NCBI GenBank assembly: GCA_965198005.1
Contig: CBDAOI010000003.1
Location: forward strand, 800,001-864,000
Direction of reading: 5' to 3'
Length of the DNA: 64,000 nucleotides
Source: Spirochaetia bacterium
Lineage (GTDB): Bacteria > Spirochaetota > Spirochaetia > SZUA-6 > Bin103
Made by a program: the position numbers and the translations under genes. The notes below the pieces were generated by a model, which saw only the letters and a program-made list of their open reading frames with translations, searched no databases and was not told the origin of the DNA. Below are positions 29,181-38,415 of the stretch, in pieces; positions within the stretch are counted from its first letter, which is position 1; the number at the start of each line of letters is the position of its first letter.

Positions 29181-30299
29181 TCAATGCCAGCCGTCGCGTG
29201 CGAACCGCTCCAGCGCGTCCTCGTCCAGGACGATGCCGAGCCCCGGCTCCTGCGGCAGCACCAGGCTGCCGTCGCGGGTCTCCAGCCGCGTTCGGAACAC
29301 CTCCATCAGATTGAGCACCTCGGTGTCGGTGAAGAACTCGACCCAGGTGGCGTTCGGGGTGGCCGCCACCAGGTGGACGTGGAGGTCGGCGAACCAGTGG
29401 GGGGCGACCGTGATGCCGTGGGCGGCGGCCAGTGCCGCGATCCGGCGAAATTCGGTCACGCCGCCGCACACCGCAGCGTCGGGCTGCAGAATCGCGGCGG
29501 CGCCGTGATTGAGGATCTCCTGGAAGTCCCAGCGGGTCTGATGGATCTCGCCGGTGGCGACCGGCGGCTCCACCGCGGCCGCCACCGCGGCGTGCGCGGC
29601 CAGCTCGTCGGGCGGGTTGGGCTCCTCGATCCAGCCGAGGTCGTACTCCTCCCAGCAGCGCACCGCGCGGATTGCGGAGGCGGCGTCGGGCCAGGCATTG
29701 TTGGCGTCGGCGAACAGGTCGACGTCGTCGCCGATCGCCCGCCGCACCGCCGCGATGCGCGCGGCATCCTCGCGCGTGCCGACCCGGCCCACCTTGATCT
29801 TGACCGCGCGGAAGCCGGCGTCGACGTAGCGCGCGCACTCGGCCGCCAGGTCGTCTGGGGTCTTGCCTGCCAGGTAATAGCCGCCGCTGGCGTACGCGGG
29901 CACCAGGTCGCGGTACGCCGCGCCCAGGTAGCGGTACAGCGGCAGCCCGGCGGCCCGCGCGTTGGCGTCCCACAGGGCGACGTCCAGCGCGCTCATGGCG
30001 CGCACCACCGCCCCGCGCCGCCCCATCAGCAGCGCGTCCTGGTACGTGGCGGCCCAGATCGCCTCGGTCTCGTGCGCGTCGCGGCCGACCACGTGCGGCG
30101 CCAGCAGGTCGCGCACCGCCGCGGTGACGATCCAGCCGGCGGCGTTGCCGCAGTAGCAGTACCCCAGCCCCTCGATCCCGGTCTCGGTCCTGACCCGGAC
30201 CAGGGTGTAGTGCCGCTCCGCCATGGTCCGCGTGGACAATGCGGTGACCACCCGCAGCGGAATCACCAGGGTGGCCGCGGCGACCTCGGTAACCTTCAC
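29181..30299 (-). CDS. Mandelate racemase/muconate lactonizing enzyme family protein
   Basis: ALDVALWD, AYASGGYY, VKIKVG, DAN, WIEEP, ATGE, CGGVTE. Confidence 0.9.
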   Translation of the reverse strand: MKVTEVAAATLVIPLRVVTALSTRTMAERHYTLVRVRTETGIEGLGYCYCGNAAGWIVTAAVRDLLAPHVVGRDAHETEAIWAATYQDALLMGRRGAVVRAMSALDVALWDANARAAGLPLYRYLGAAYRDLVPAYASGGYYLAGKTPDDLAAECARYVDAGFRAVKIKVGRVGTREDAARIAAVRRAIGDDVDLFADANNAWPDAASAIRAVRCWEEYDLGWIEEPNPPDELAAHAAVAAAVEPPVATGEIHQTRWDFQEILNHGAAAILQPDAAVCGGVTEFRRIAALAAAHGITVAPHWFADLHVHLVAATPNATWVEFFTDTEVLNLMEVFRTRLETRDGSLVLPQEPGLGIVLDEDALERFARDGWH

Positions 30300-31012
30300 T
30301 TCTTGACGTACTGGTGGCCGCCCATGATCGCGCGCACCTCTTCCAGCCCCTTGGCCTGCATCAGGTTGCCGACCCGTTCCTCCTCCTCGGCGAGCAGCTT
30401 CTTGGCGTTGGTCACCACCTCTTCCAGCCGGTCCCCCGGAAACTTGACCGCGCCGTTCTCGTCCAGGTGCACGATCTCGCCCGGGGCGACGTCCATCCCG
30501 CACATGCTCACCGGCACCTGCACCGCCTGCAGCGCCTGATTGCCGTGGCCGGCGCAGATGCCCCGCGTCAGATACTGGAACTTCATCGGACGGATCTCGT
30601 GGATGTCGCGCGACGGGCCGTTGGTGATGGCGCCGACGGCGCCGCAGGCGCGCATCGCGGAGGTCATGTTGCCGCCCGACAGTCCTACCTTGTCGGCGAT
30701 CTCCGGCGGGAAGGCTTGGTTGAGGCAGCAGATCGAGGGCTTGCCGACCCGGTCCACTGCTTCCAGCAGGTCCATCAGGCTCAGCCCCCGGTAGCCGGGG
30801 TCGGCGAGGCCGAAACTGCAGGTTACCGCGTACCCCGCCATCGGCCCCAGCTCCGGATACCAGCAGCGCAGGCGGTTGTCGGTGTACCAGTTCGCTTCCC
30901 AGGGGTGGTACAGGTCCAGGCTCAACTCGTGGCCCGGGTAGGTGGCGACCACGTTGGTCACCGTGGGCGTGTCGATCTGCTTCAACTCTTCCAGCAGCTC
31001 GAGGTCGGTCAT
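30296..31012 (-). CDS. RraA-family protein (HMG-aldolase-like)
   Basis: DTPTVTN, GYAVT, GGNM, GAITNGPSRD, VAPGEIVHLDENGAV. Confidence 0.85.
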   Translation of the reverse strand: MTDLELLEELKQIDTPTVTNVVATYPGHELSLDLYHPWEANWYTDNRLRCWYPELGPMAGYAVTCSFGLADPGYRGLSLMDLLEAVDRVGKPSICCLNQAFPPEIADKVGLSGGNMTSAMRACGAVGAITNGPSRDIHEIRPMKFQYLTRGICAGHGNQALQAVQVPVSMCGMDVAPGEIVHLDENGAVKFPGDRLEEVVTNAKKLLAEEEERVGNLMQAKGLEEVRAIMGGHQYVKK

Positions 31013-31136
31013 GATTGGTGCTCCTTGCGGATGGATTGGGTTGCGGGGATTCTCGGGTTTATCGCCGCGTTAGTCGAGGGGGCGGGGGGATAAGGAATGT
31101 GGGGAGGGGGTGCGCGATTCGGGGTAGGATGGCGCC

Positions 31137-32384
31137 GTGCTCGGCATCCTGAAGATGGACAACCCGATCCAGCGCTACGCCTGGGGGTCGACGGCGACGC
31201 TGGCGCGCCTGTGCGGGCGGCCGCCGGCGGCGGAGCCGGAGGCGGAGCTGTGGATGGGGGCGCATCCGCAGGCGCCGTCGGCGGTGACGGTGGCGGGGCG
31301 GCGGGTCGGCCTCGACCGGCTGCTGGCCGAGCGCCCGCGCGCGGCGCTGGGGGCGGTGGCGGACCGGTTCGGGGCGCGGCTGCCGTTCCTGCTGAAGGTG
31401 CTGGCGGTGGCGCGGCCGCTGTCGATCCAGGCGCACCCCTCGCGGGCGCAGGCGGAGGTCGGCTACGCGCGCGAGGAGGCGGCCGGCATCGCGCGCGCCG
31501 CGGCGCACCGCAACTACCGCGACCGCAACCACAAGCCGGAGGTGGTGGTGGCGCTGGAGCCGTACTGGCTGCTGAGCGGGTTCCGTTCGTGCGCGGAAAT
31601 CGGCGCGCGGCTGCGCGATCTGGGCGGCGCCGCGCTGCAGCCCGCGGTGGGGAGGCTGCTGGCGCAGCCGGGGCCGGCCGCGCTGCGCGCCCTGGTTGCG
31701 ACCCTGCTGGGCCTGGCCGAGCCGCAGCGGGCGGAGCTGGTGGCGCGCGCCGCGGCGGGGGCGGAGCAGGCGGAGCGGGCGGCGGCGGACGATCCGGCGG
31801 CGCGCTGGGTGCGGCGCCTGGCCGCGGAGTACCCGGCCGACGCGGGCGTGCTTGCCCCCTACCTGCTGAACCTGGTGCGGCTGGCGCCGGGCGAGGGGCT
31901 CCATACCGCGGCCGGGGTGCTGCACACCTCGCTGCAGGGCAGCGGCGTCGAGCTGCAGGCCAACTCCGACAACGTGCTGCGCTGCGGCCTCACGCCCAAG
32001 CACGTCGACGTACCCGAGCTGCTGCGGATCGGCCGCTTCGAGCCGGGCGCCGCGCAGGTCATCCGCGGCTCCGTGCGGCGCGCGCCGGCCACGGCGGCCG
32101 CCGCCGAGGAGCGGCACTACGCCACGCCGGCGGCGGAGTTCGCGTTGTCCGAGATCCGCCTGGCCGGCGGCCCGGCGGCGGCCGCCACCGGCGGCCGGCC
32201 GGAGGTGCTGCTGGTCCTGGACGGGCCGTGCGCGGTGACCGATGACGCCGGGCGCGGTACGCCGTGCCGGCCGGGCGATGCGCTGTTCGTGCCGGCCTGC
32301 GTGGCCGGCTGGAACGCGCGCGGCGCGGGGCGGCTGTTCCGCGCGCGTGTGCCGCACGTGAACAGCACCGCCACCAGCGCGTAG
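31137..32384 (+). CDS. manA: Mannose-6-phosphate isomerase, class I
   Basis: YAWGS, AELWMGAHP, LPFLLKVL, LSIQAHP, NYRDRNHKPE, ANSDNVLRCGLTPK. Confidence 0.95.
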   Translation: MLGILKMDNPIQRYAWGSTATLARLCGRPPAAEPEAELWMGAHPQAPSAVTVAGRRVGLDRLLAERPRAALGAVADRFGARLPFLLKVLAVARPLSIQAHPSRAQAEVGYAREEAAGIARAAAHRNYRDRNHKPEVVVALEPYWLLSGFRSCAEIGARLRDLGGAALQPAVGRLLAQPGPAALRALVATLLGLAEPQRAELVARAAAGAEQAERAAADDPAARWVRRLAAEYPADAGVLAPYLLNLVRLAPGEGLHTAAGVLHTSLQGSGVELQANSDNVLRCGLTPKHVDVPELLRIGRFEPGAAQVIRGSVRRAPATAAAAEERHYATPAAEFALSEIRLAGGPAAAATGGRPEVLLVLDGPCAVTDDAGRGTPCRPGDALFVPACVAGWNARGAGRLFRARVPHVNSTATSA

Positions 32385-32457
32385 CCGCCCGCGGCGAGCA
32401 GATGAACGGGCGAGACCGGCCCGGTGATCATGATCGCCGGCGTGCCGTGTTGCGGTA

Positions 32458-33240
32458 TCAGGCGTCCCCGGCGGCCGGCGCCCGATACGGTGCGAACGCG
32501 GCCGCCAGAGCGGCCAGTCCGCTGGCCGCGGCGCCGCCGTCGGAGCCGAGCGCGACGAAGGTGAAACCGCGCTCGACGGTCACGGCCACGTGCTCGGCCC
32601 GGTGCAGCAGAATCCCGGTCGCCTTGCCGGCCGCGGCCGCGGCGCTCACCACCTGCTCCAGGGCCGCGACGAACTCGGGGTTCTGGTACTGGCCGCGCAT
32701 CCCCATGCTGATCGAGAGATCGAACGGCCCCACGAACAGCACGTCGACGCCCTCCACCGCGGCGATGGCGGCGGCATTCCGCACCGCCTCGCGGGTCTCG
32801 ATCTGGACCACGGTGAGCAGGTTGTCGTTGGCGTCGCGCAGGTAGTTCTCCGCCTCGGCGCCGAAGGCGGTGGCGCGGTTGAGCGTCGCCGCGCCACGCA
32901 CGCCGGCCGGCGGGTAGCGCATGGACGCGGCCGCCGCGGCGGCTTCCTCCGGGGTGTTGACCCACGGCACCATCACCCCCGCCGCCCCCTGGTCCAGCAC
33001 CCGTTTGAACCGCCACGGTTCGTTCCAGGCGATGCGGACGATGGCCGGGGTCGCGGCCGCGGCGGCTGCCTGGAGCTGATGCAGCAGCTCGCTCTGGTCG
33101 CCGGCCCCGTGCTCCATGTCGAGCACCATCCAGTCGAAGCCCGCCCGGCCCGCCATCTCCACGGTCAGGGGCGAGCCCAGGTTGCAAAAGGTGCCGGTCA
33201 GCAACTCGCCGGCCAGCACCCGCTCACGTAGATAATCCAT
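32458..33240 (-). CDS. HpcH/HpaI-family aldolase
   Basis: LDMEHG, RYPPAGVRG, VQIET, FVGPFDLS. Confidence 0.9.
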   Translation of the reverse strand: MDYLRERVLAGELLTGTFCNLGSPLTVEMAGRAGFDWMVLDMEHGAGDQSELLHQLQAAAAAATPAIVRIAWNEPWRFKRVLDQGAAGVMVPWVNTPEEAAAAAASMRYPPAGVRGAATLNRATAFGAEAENYLRDANDNLLTVVQIETREAVRNAAAIAAVEGVDVLFVGPFDLSISMGMRGQYQNPEFVAALEQVVSAAAAAGKATGILLHRAEHVAVTVERGFTFVALGSDGGAAASGLAALAAAFAPYRAPAAGDA

Positions 33241-33333
33241 GGTCCGTAGTTTCGCTTCCGGACGGGTTGCCGTTCAAGGCGCTCGAGCGAGCGCCGGGGA
33301 GCGCACCTCGTGCCACGCCGTCGCCACCGCCGC

Positions 33334-33714
33334 TCACTGCGCGGCACGATCCAGCGGCGTGGCTATCCCCAGCCCCACGGCACACGCGGAGAGCTTGCCG
33401 TCGTACGTGGCAAGCTGGACCCGGGCGGCGACCGCCGCTGCCAGCAGAGCCGCGTCCACCCAGCCGATCCCCTTACCGGCCAACCCGTGGTGGCGTACGA
33501 AATCGAAAATCTCCTCCGGTGCGGCAACCTCGCACCAGACGAGCGACTGCAGGAGCTGTTCGTTGTTCGCCGAGAGACCGCCGAGAAGCAACTCACCGAT
33601 GACAAACGGATGCACCAGCACCGTGCCCGCGTTTATCCAGGGCCGTGCCACCAACCCCGCCGGTTCCCCGCGCAGGAATCTGAGCCACACGCCCGTGTCC
33701 ACCAGAACGATCAC
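33334..33714 (-). CDS. vapC: VapC PIN-domain toxin
   Basis: LVDTGVW, HPFVIGEL, GIGWVDAALL, LATYD. Confidence 0.88.
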   Translation of the reverse strand: MIVLVDTGVWLRFLRGEPAGLVARPWINAGTVLVHPFVIGELLLGGLSANNEQLLQSLVWCEVAAPEEIFDFVRHHGLAGKGIGWVDAALLAAAVAARVQLATYDGKLSACAVGLGIATPLDRAAQ

Positions 33715-33914
33715 CCGGGACTCTCCGGCGTGCGCCGGCGGGGAACGGCCGTCAGTTCGGGCTGGGAACCGAACGCCTCGCTCAGGAGCCGGCGCCGATG
33801 GGCGTCGATCAGCTCGCGTAGACCCAGTTCCAGGATCGCGGTCTTGGTTCTTCCGGCGTGGATCGCCATGGCCTGCCGGACGAGGTTATCGTCCAGGTTG
33901 AGCGTCGTTCGCAT
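33711..33914 (-). CDS. vapB: VapB antitoxin
   Basis: MRTTLNLDDNL..KTAILELGLREL; GTGA overlap with vapC. Confidence 0.85.
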   Translation of the reverse strand: MRTTLNLDDNLVRQAMAIHAGRTKTAILELGLRELIDAHRRRLLSEAFGSQPELTAVPRRRTPESPG

Positions 33915-34032
33915 ATGCATACAGTACTGCGTTATTGCCATATGGACCAGTGGGATCGATCTGCATTCGGTGCCTGCTACGCTGTCAGGAGCGGGAGTGG
34001 AGTCCGAATGTGGTATATTGAGCGGCAGAGCG

Positions 34033-34431
34033 ATGACGGCAGCAGAGCACCGGGTAGCCGTGCTGGGGGCGAGTCGCAAGTCCCGGCGGTACTCCAACCG
34101 CGCGCTGCGGGCGCTGCGGCGGCACGGCTACGACGTGGTGCCGGTCAATCCCGCGTACGACGCAGTCGAGGGTGTGGCGGCGGTGCGCAACCTGGCGCAG
34201 ATCGCGGGTCGGGTGGACACCTTGACGGTGTACGTGGGGCCGCGTGACGTGGGGCCGATGATCGACGACATCGTGGCGGCGCGGCCGCGGCGGGTGATCC
34301 TGAATCCCGGGACCGAGTCGCCGGCGCTGGAGCAGGCGCTGGAGCGGCACGGCATCCCTTATCTGGAAGCGTGCACGCTGGTGCTGCTCGCCACCGGCCA
34401 GTTCGAGAGTGCCCCTGCGCCCGCCCGGTAG
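34033..34431 (+). CDS. CoA-binding protein (YccU-like)
   Basis: VAVLGAS, VVPVNP, VILNPG, EACTLV. Confidence 0.88.
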   Translation: MTAAEHRVAVLGASRKSRRYSNRALRALRRHGYDVVPVNPAYDAVEGVAAVRNLAQIAGRVDTLTVYVGPRDVGPMIDDIVAARPRRVILNPGTESPALEQALERHGIPYLEACTLVLLATGQFESAPAPAR

Positions 34432-34533
34432 CACACGTGCGGGCCGGCGGCCGGGCGCAGGCCGGGCAGCCGCGTGCGGAGCCGGGTGGGGAGCCGGGTG
34501 GGGAGCCGCGTTGCAAGCCGGGCGGAGGGCCGG

Positions 34534-36315
34534 GTGAGCGAGAGCGTATTCTCCTGGAGCAAGAGTGAAGCGCACGGCGAGCGCGCGCTGGCGGCCACCA
34601 AGCATCCGCTGGCCACGGCCGCGGCGCTGGAGTTGCTGCGCGGCGGCGGCAACGTGATGGACGCGGCGGTGGCCGCGGCGTTCGCGGTCGGGGTGGTGGA
34701 ACCGGGCGCCAGCGGCCTGGGCGGCGGCGGCTACCTGGCGTATCAGCTCGGCGAGCGCGGCGGAGTGTTCGGGTTCCCGATGCGCGCGCCGCGCGCCGCC
34801 GCGCCGGACATGTTCCGGTTGTCCGGTGCGCACGCGGCCGGCGACTTCGGCTGGCCGGCCGTGGTGGACGACGCCAACCTGGAAGGCGGGCTGGCGGTGG
34901 CCGTGCCGGGCGCGGTGGCGGGCCTGGTCGCTGCCCACCGGGAGTTCGGGCGGCTGCCGCTGGACGAGGTGGTGGCGCCTGCGGTCGAGCTGGCGCGCTC
35001 CGGCTTCACGCCCGGGTTCCGCGGCCTGATGAGGTTCGCGGCGCAGCTCGGCAAGCTCACCCGCTTCCCGGAGCTGCGGCGGCTGTTCCTGGCCGGCGGC
35101 GAGCTGCCCGCCGGGGTGCGGATTCCCGGCGCCGGCTACCGGCGCGGGGAGCCGGTGTGGGCCGAGCCGGCCAAGGTCCGGCAGCCGGAGCTGGCCGATA
35201 CGTTGCGCGCGATCGGCACCGACGGCGCGGTCGCCTTCTACCGCGGCGAGGTGGCCGGGCGTCTGGTGGACGCGGTGCGCGCGGCCGGCGGCGTGCTGAG
35301 CCGCGCCGACCTGGAGAGCTATCGGCCGCAGCACTGGCCGGCCGGCGGCAGGGGCACCGGCGACGGCGCGGCGGGGACGGCCCCGCTGGAGGTGCGCTAC
35401 CGCAACCTGCGGCTGCGGGTGCCGCCGTTCGCCACCGGCGGCATCACCAGCGCGATGACCCTGCAGTTGCTCGCCGGCACCGACCTGGCAGCCTGCGGCC
35501 ACAACAGCGCGGAGGCGCTGCACCGCTACGTGTGCGCCGCCCGTCTGGCCTACGCCGATCGTTTCGCCTTTCTGGCCGATCCGGCCACCGCCGACGTGCC
35601 GTGGGCGGGCCTCACCTCACCGGCCTACGCGGCGCGCCGCTGGGCGGGGGTGGGGGCCAGGGCGCCGCGCCGCTTCAAGCCGGGCGATCCGTGGCGGGAG
35701 GAAGGGCGCCCGGCGCCGCGGCGCCTGCCCGGCAGCGCGCCGGCGTACCACGACGGCACCACCCACCTGTGCGTGATCGACGCCGCCGGCAACGCGGTGT
35801 CGCTCACCAACACCCTGATGTCGATCTTCGGTTCCGGCATCGTGGCCGCCGGCACCGGCGTCATCCTCAACAACGGCATGATGTGGTTCGATCCGGTGCC
35901 GGGCCACGTCAACTCGGTCGCTCCGGGCAAGCTGCCGCTCAACAACATGGCGCCGCTGCTGGCGCTCGACGAGCATGGCGTGCGGTTCGCGCTGGGGGCA
36001 TCCGGCGGGCGGCGCATCACCAACTGCGTGACCAGCCTGGTGGTCAACATGGTCGACTTCGGACTCGGCCCGCAGCAGGCGATCGACGCCCCGCGCGTCG
36101 ACTGCAGCACGCCGCTGACCGCGGTGGACGGTCGCATCGACCCGGCCGTCATCGAGCAACTGCGCGACCGGCGCCATCACGCCGCGGCGATCGACCGCCG
36201 CCACGTTACCGACGAGCCGAGCCCGTTCGCCAGTCCGGTGGCGGTGGCGCGCACCCCCGGCGGGTTGCGCGGCGGCGCCGACTCGTTCCACTCCGCGCAC
36301 GCCGCCGGTCTCTGA
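34534..36315 (+). CDS. ggt: Gamma-glutamyltransferase family protein
   Basis: GGNVMDAAVA, SGLGGGG, VAVPG, TTHLCVID..GNAVSLT, FGSG, GASGG. Confidence 0.9.
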   Translation: MSESVFSWSKSEAHGERALAATKHPLATAAALELLRGGGNVMDAAVAAAFAVGVVEPGASGLGGGGYLAYQLGERGGVFGFPMRAPRAAAPDMFRLSGAHAAGDFGWPAVVDDANLEGGLAVAVPGAVAGLVAAHREFGRLPLDEVVAPAVELARSGFTPGFRGLMRFAAQLGKLTRFPELRRLFLAGGELPAGVRIPGAGYRRGEPVWAEPAKVRQPELADTLRAIGTDGAVAFYRGEVAGRLVDAVRAAGGVLSRADLESYRPQHWPAGGRGTGDGAAGTAPLEVRYRNLRLRVPPFATGGITSAMTLQLLAGTDLAACGHNSAEALHRYVCAARLAYADRFAFLADPATADVPWAGLTSPAYAARRWAGVGARAPRRFKPGDPWREEGRPAPRRLPGSAPAYHDGTTHLCVIDAAGNAVSLTNTLMSIFGSGIVAAGTGVILNNGMMWFDPVPGHVNSVAPGKLPLNNMAPLLALDEHGVRFALGASGGRRITNCVTSLVVNMVDFGLGPQQAIDAPRVDCSTPLTAVDGRIDPAVIEQLRDRRHHAAAIDRRHVTDEPSPFASPVAVARTPGGLRGGADSFHSAHAAGL

Positions 36316-36337
36316 GGCGGAGCGCGTCCGGCGGGGC

Positions 36338-36976
36338 ATGGAATTGCTGACCACCGGTCCGCCGGACGCGCGGCACACCGTGGTGCTGGCGCACGGCGCC
36401 GGCCAGCCGATGGACGGCCCCGCCATGGCGCTGCTGGCGGCCGCCTTCACCGCCGCCGGGGTGCGGGTGGTGCGCTTCGAGTTCCCGTACATGCGGCGGC
36501 GGCGCGCCACCGGCCGCGGCGCCGCGCCCGACCGCCAGCCGGTGCTGGAGCAGTCCTGGCGCGACGCGATCCAGCGGGCAGGGCAGGCCACCGCCGCCGG
36601 CCCCGACGCCCTGGCGATCGGCGGCCGCTCCATGGGCGGCCGCATCGCCAGCTTGGTGGCCGACGGCTGCGGGGTGCGCGCGCTGCTCTGTTTCGCCTAT
36701 CCGTTCCACCCGCCGGGGAGGCCCGACCGGTTGCGCACCGCGCACCTGGCCAGCCTGCGGACCCCGACGCTGATCCTCCAGGGCGAGCGCGACCCGTTCG
36801 GCAACCCCGCCGAGGTGGGCAGCTACCGGCTGTCGCCAGCGGTCACCGTGCATTGGATCGCCGACGGCGACCACTCTCTCAAGCCGCGCAAACGCTCCGG
36901 CCGCACCCTGGAAGACAACGTGGCCGCCGCGGTCGAGTGCAGCGTGCGCTTCCTGAACCGCGCGGCGCCTCAGTAA
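36338..36976 (+). CDS. Alpha/beta hydrolase
   Basis: AHGAG, GGRSMGGR, QGERDPFG, GDHSL. Confidence 0.9.
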   Translation: MELLTTGPPDARHTVVLAHGAGQPMDGPAMALLAAAFTAAGVRVVRFEFPYMRRRRATGRGAAPDRQPVLEQSWRDAIQRAGQATAAGPDALAIGGRSMGGRIASLVADGCGVRALLCFAYPFHPPGRPDRLRTAHLASLRTPTLILQGERDPFGNPAEVGSYRLSPAVTVHWIADGDHSLKPRKRSGRTLEDNVAAAVECSVRFLNRAAPQ

Positions 36977-37473
36977 CCGTGCGCGCTGGCGAGCGCCGCG
37001 ACCGGAACCTCAGCCGCCCGCATCAGGCTGCGCAGCAGGTCACGGTTGTCTTCGATGAAGCGGCGCTGATCCGGCCACAGCATCGGCGGGAGCGCGTCCA
37101 GCGAGCCCCAGATCGCCGGCTGCGGATGCGCCTCGGGGTCCTGCGGCTCGGGAACGCACCAAGTGGTGACGTACGCGAACAGGTGCGTGACCGTCCAGCG
37201 CTTGCGGTTGAAGGTAAGCCGCTCCAGTACGCCGATCTTGGCCAGCAGGGCCAGGTCGGTGAACCCGGTCTCCTCGGCGATCTCGCGCCGGGCGGCGGCT
37301 TCCAGCGACTCGCCCGGATCCACCCCGCCCTTGGGGATGACCGCCGACGGCCAGAGCCCCTCACGGGCCAGCGCCACCTGCACCTCGCCGTCGTGCACGG
37401 CCAGGACCAGGCCGCCTGCCGTGGTCCGCTGCGGCGTACCGGGCGGCCGCCGGTACCAACTGGCGTCGATCAT
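36970..37473 (-). CDS. NUDIX hydrolase
   Basis: PKGGVDPGESLEAAARREIAEETG Nudix box. Confidence 0.88.
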   Translation of the reverse strand: MIDASWYRRPPGTPQRTTAGGLVLAVHDGEVQVALAREGLWPSAVIPKGGVDPGESLEAAARREIAEETGFTDLALLAKIGVLERLTFNRKRWTVTHLFAYVTTWCVPEPQDPEAHPQPAIWGSLDALPPMLWPDQRRFIEDNRDLLRSLMRAAEVPVAALASAHGY

Positions 37474-37725
37474 GCGCCTCAACATTCCGTCCCTCCCTCC
37501 AGAACGACCGCATGCTACACCGGATGGCGGGCGTAACGCCACCACGGGGTGCGTCAGAGCCTGAACCGTCTTGCCCGTCTGCTGGAGACGAATGACTGCG
37601 CGGGGCTCAAGGAGCTGTTCCACGGGCGGCTGGACAGGGCAGGGACGGACGGACCGGCCGACCGGCCGAGAGGAGGAGCTTGACGGTGGTGTTGCACGGC
37701 GCTAAGGTTGCGCCAAGGTTGGATT

Positions 37726-38220
37726 ATGAGCGGTGCGGTTCGGCAACAGGCTTGGCTCAGTCTCCTGGATACCGACAGAGACGCCCTGTATCTGTCGGCG
37801 ATGGCCGATAGAATGCGGCGGTGGCACGTCGCGACCTCGGTAATCGTATCGCTTGGGGCCACAAGCGCTTTTGCCACCATAGTGACCGGACTGCCCATTC
37901 TGGTGGGAGGCAGTATCAGTCTGGTGGTGGCGGGAGTCGCAATCTGGTCGATGGTCTGCGACCATTCCCGCAAGTCGGCGGTAGCGGCGTCACGTGCCGA
38001 AGAATGCGCCAAGCTGGCCTTGCAGTGGCGTCAGTTGTGGGCTGAGCTGAGCAGCCTGAGTGATGGCGAAGCTCTGCAGCGGGTTCAACGCCTGGAGCGC
38101 CGCGAGATAGAGATCACCAGTGCGGTTCCCCACGACCTCGGGATCAAGCCACGGCTCAACCAGAAGTGCGCAGAGCGCGCATACGAAATGATCAAGCACG
38201 AATATGGGGCTGTCGCGTGA
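37726..38220 (+). CDS. Two-TM membrane protein, SLATT-like
   Basis: Helix, two adjacent hydrophobic segments, then a helical C-terminus. Lower GC than flanks. Confidence 0.55.
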   Translation: MSGAVRQQAWLSLLDTDRDALYLSAMADRMRRWHVATSVIVSLGATSAFATIVTGLPILVGGSISLVVAGVAIWSMVCDHSRKSAVAASRAEECAKLALQWRQLWAELSSLSDGEALQRVQRLERREIEITSAVPHDLGIKPRLNQKCAERAYEMIKHEYGAVA

Positions 38221-38312
38221 GCCGGGTAGAGAAGGGTACCGTTCAAGACGGTCCGAAGCCGATACCGAGGCCGGACAAGCCTGAACCGCCCAAGCCGCCT
38301 CCACCCGAGTAA
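38217..38312 (+). CDS. Putative 31-aa Pro-rich micropeptide
   Basis: GTGA overlap with the upstream stop; MSRVEKGTVQDGPKPIPRPDKPEPPKPPPPE. Confidence 0.45.
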   Translation: MSRVEKGTVQDGPKPIPRPDKPEPPKPPPPE

Positions 38313-38415
38313 ACCGGAACGTCACCCGAGCCGCGGCCGAGGCTCCGCACTTCACTTCGGCGGGGGTTTTGGGTAGCTTGGAGAGTGACAGATCGTCGCG
38401 CGAGTTCCGACTCTC

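Noticed and set aside
34465-34522. 12-bp tandem repeats upstream of ggt
   Set aside because: Short, degenerate GC-rich repeats with no supporting evidence of function.
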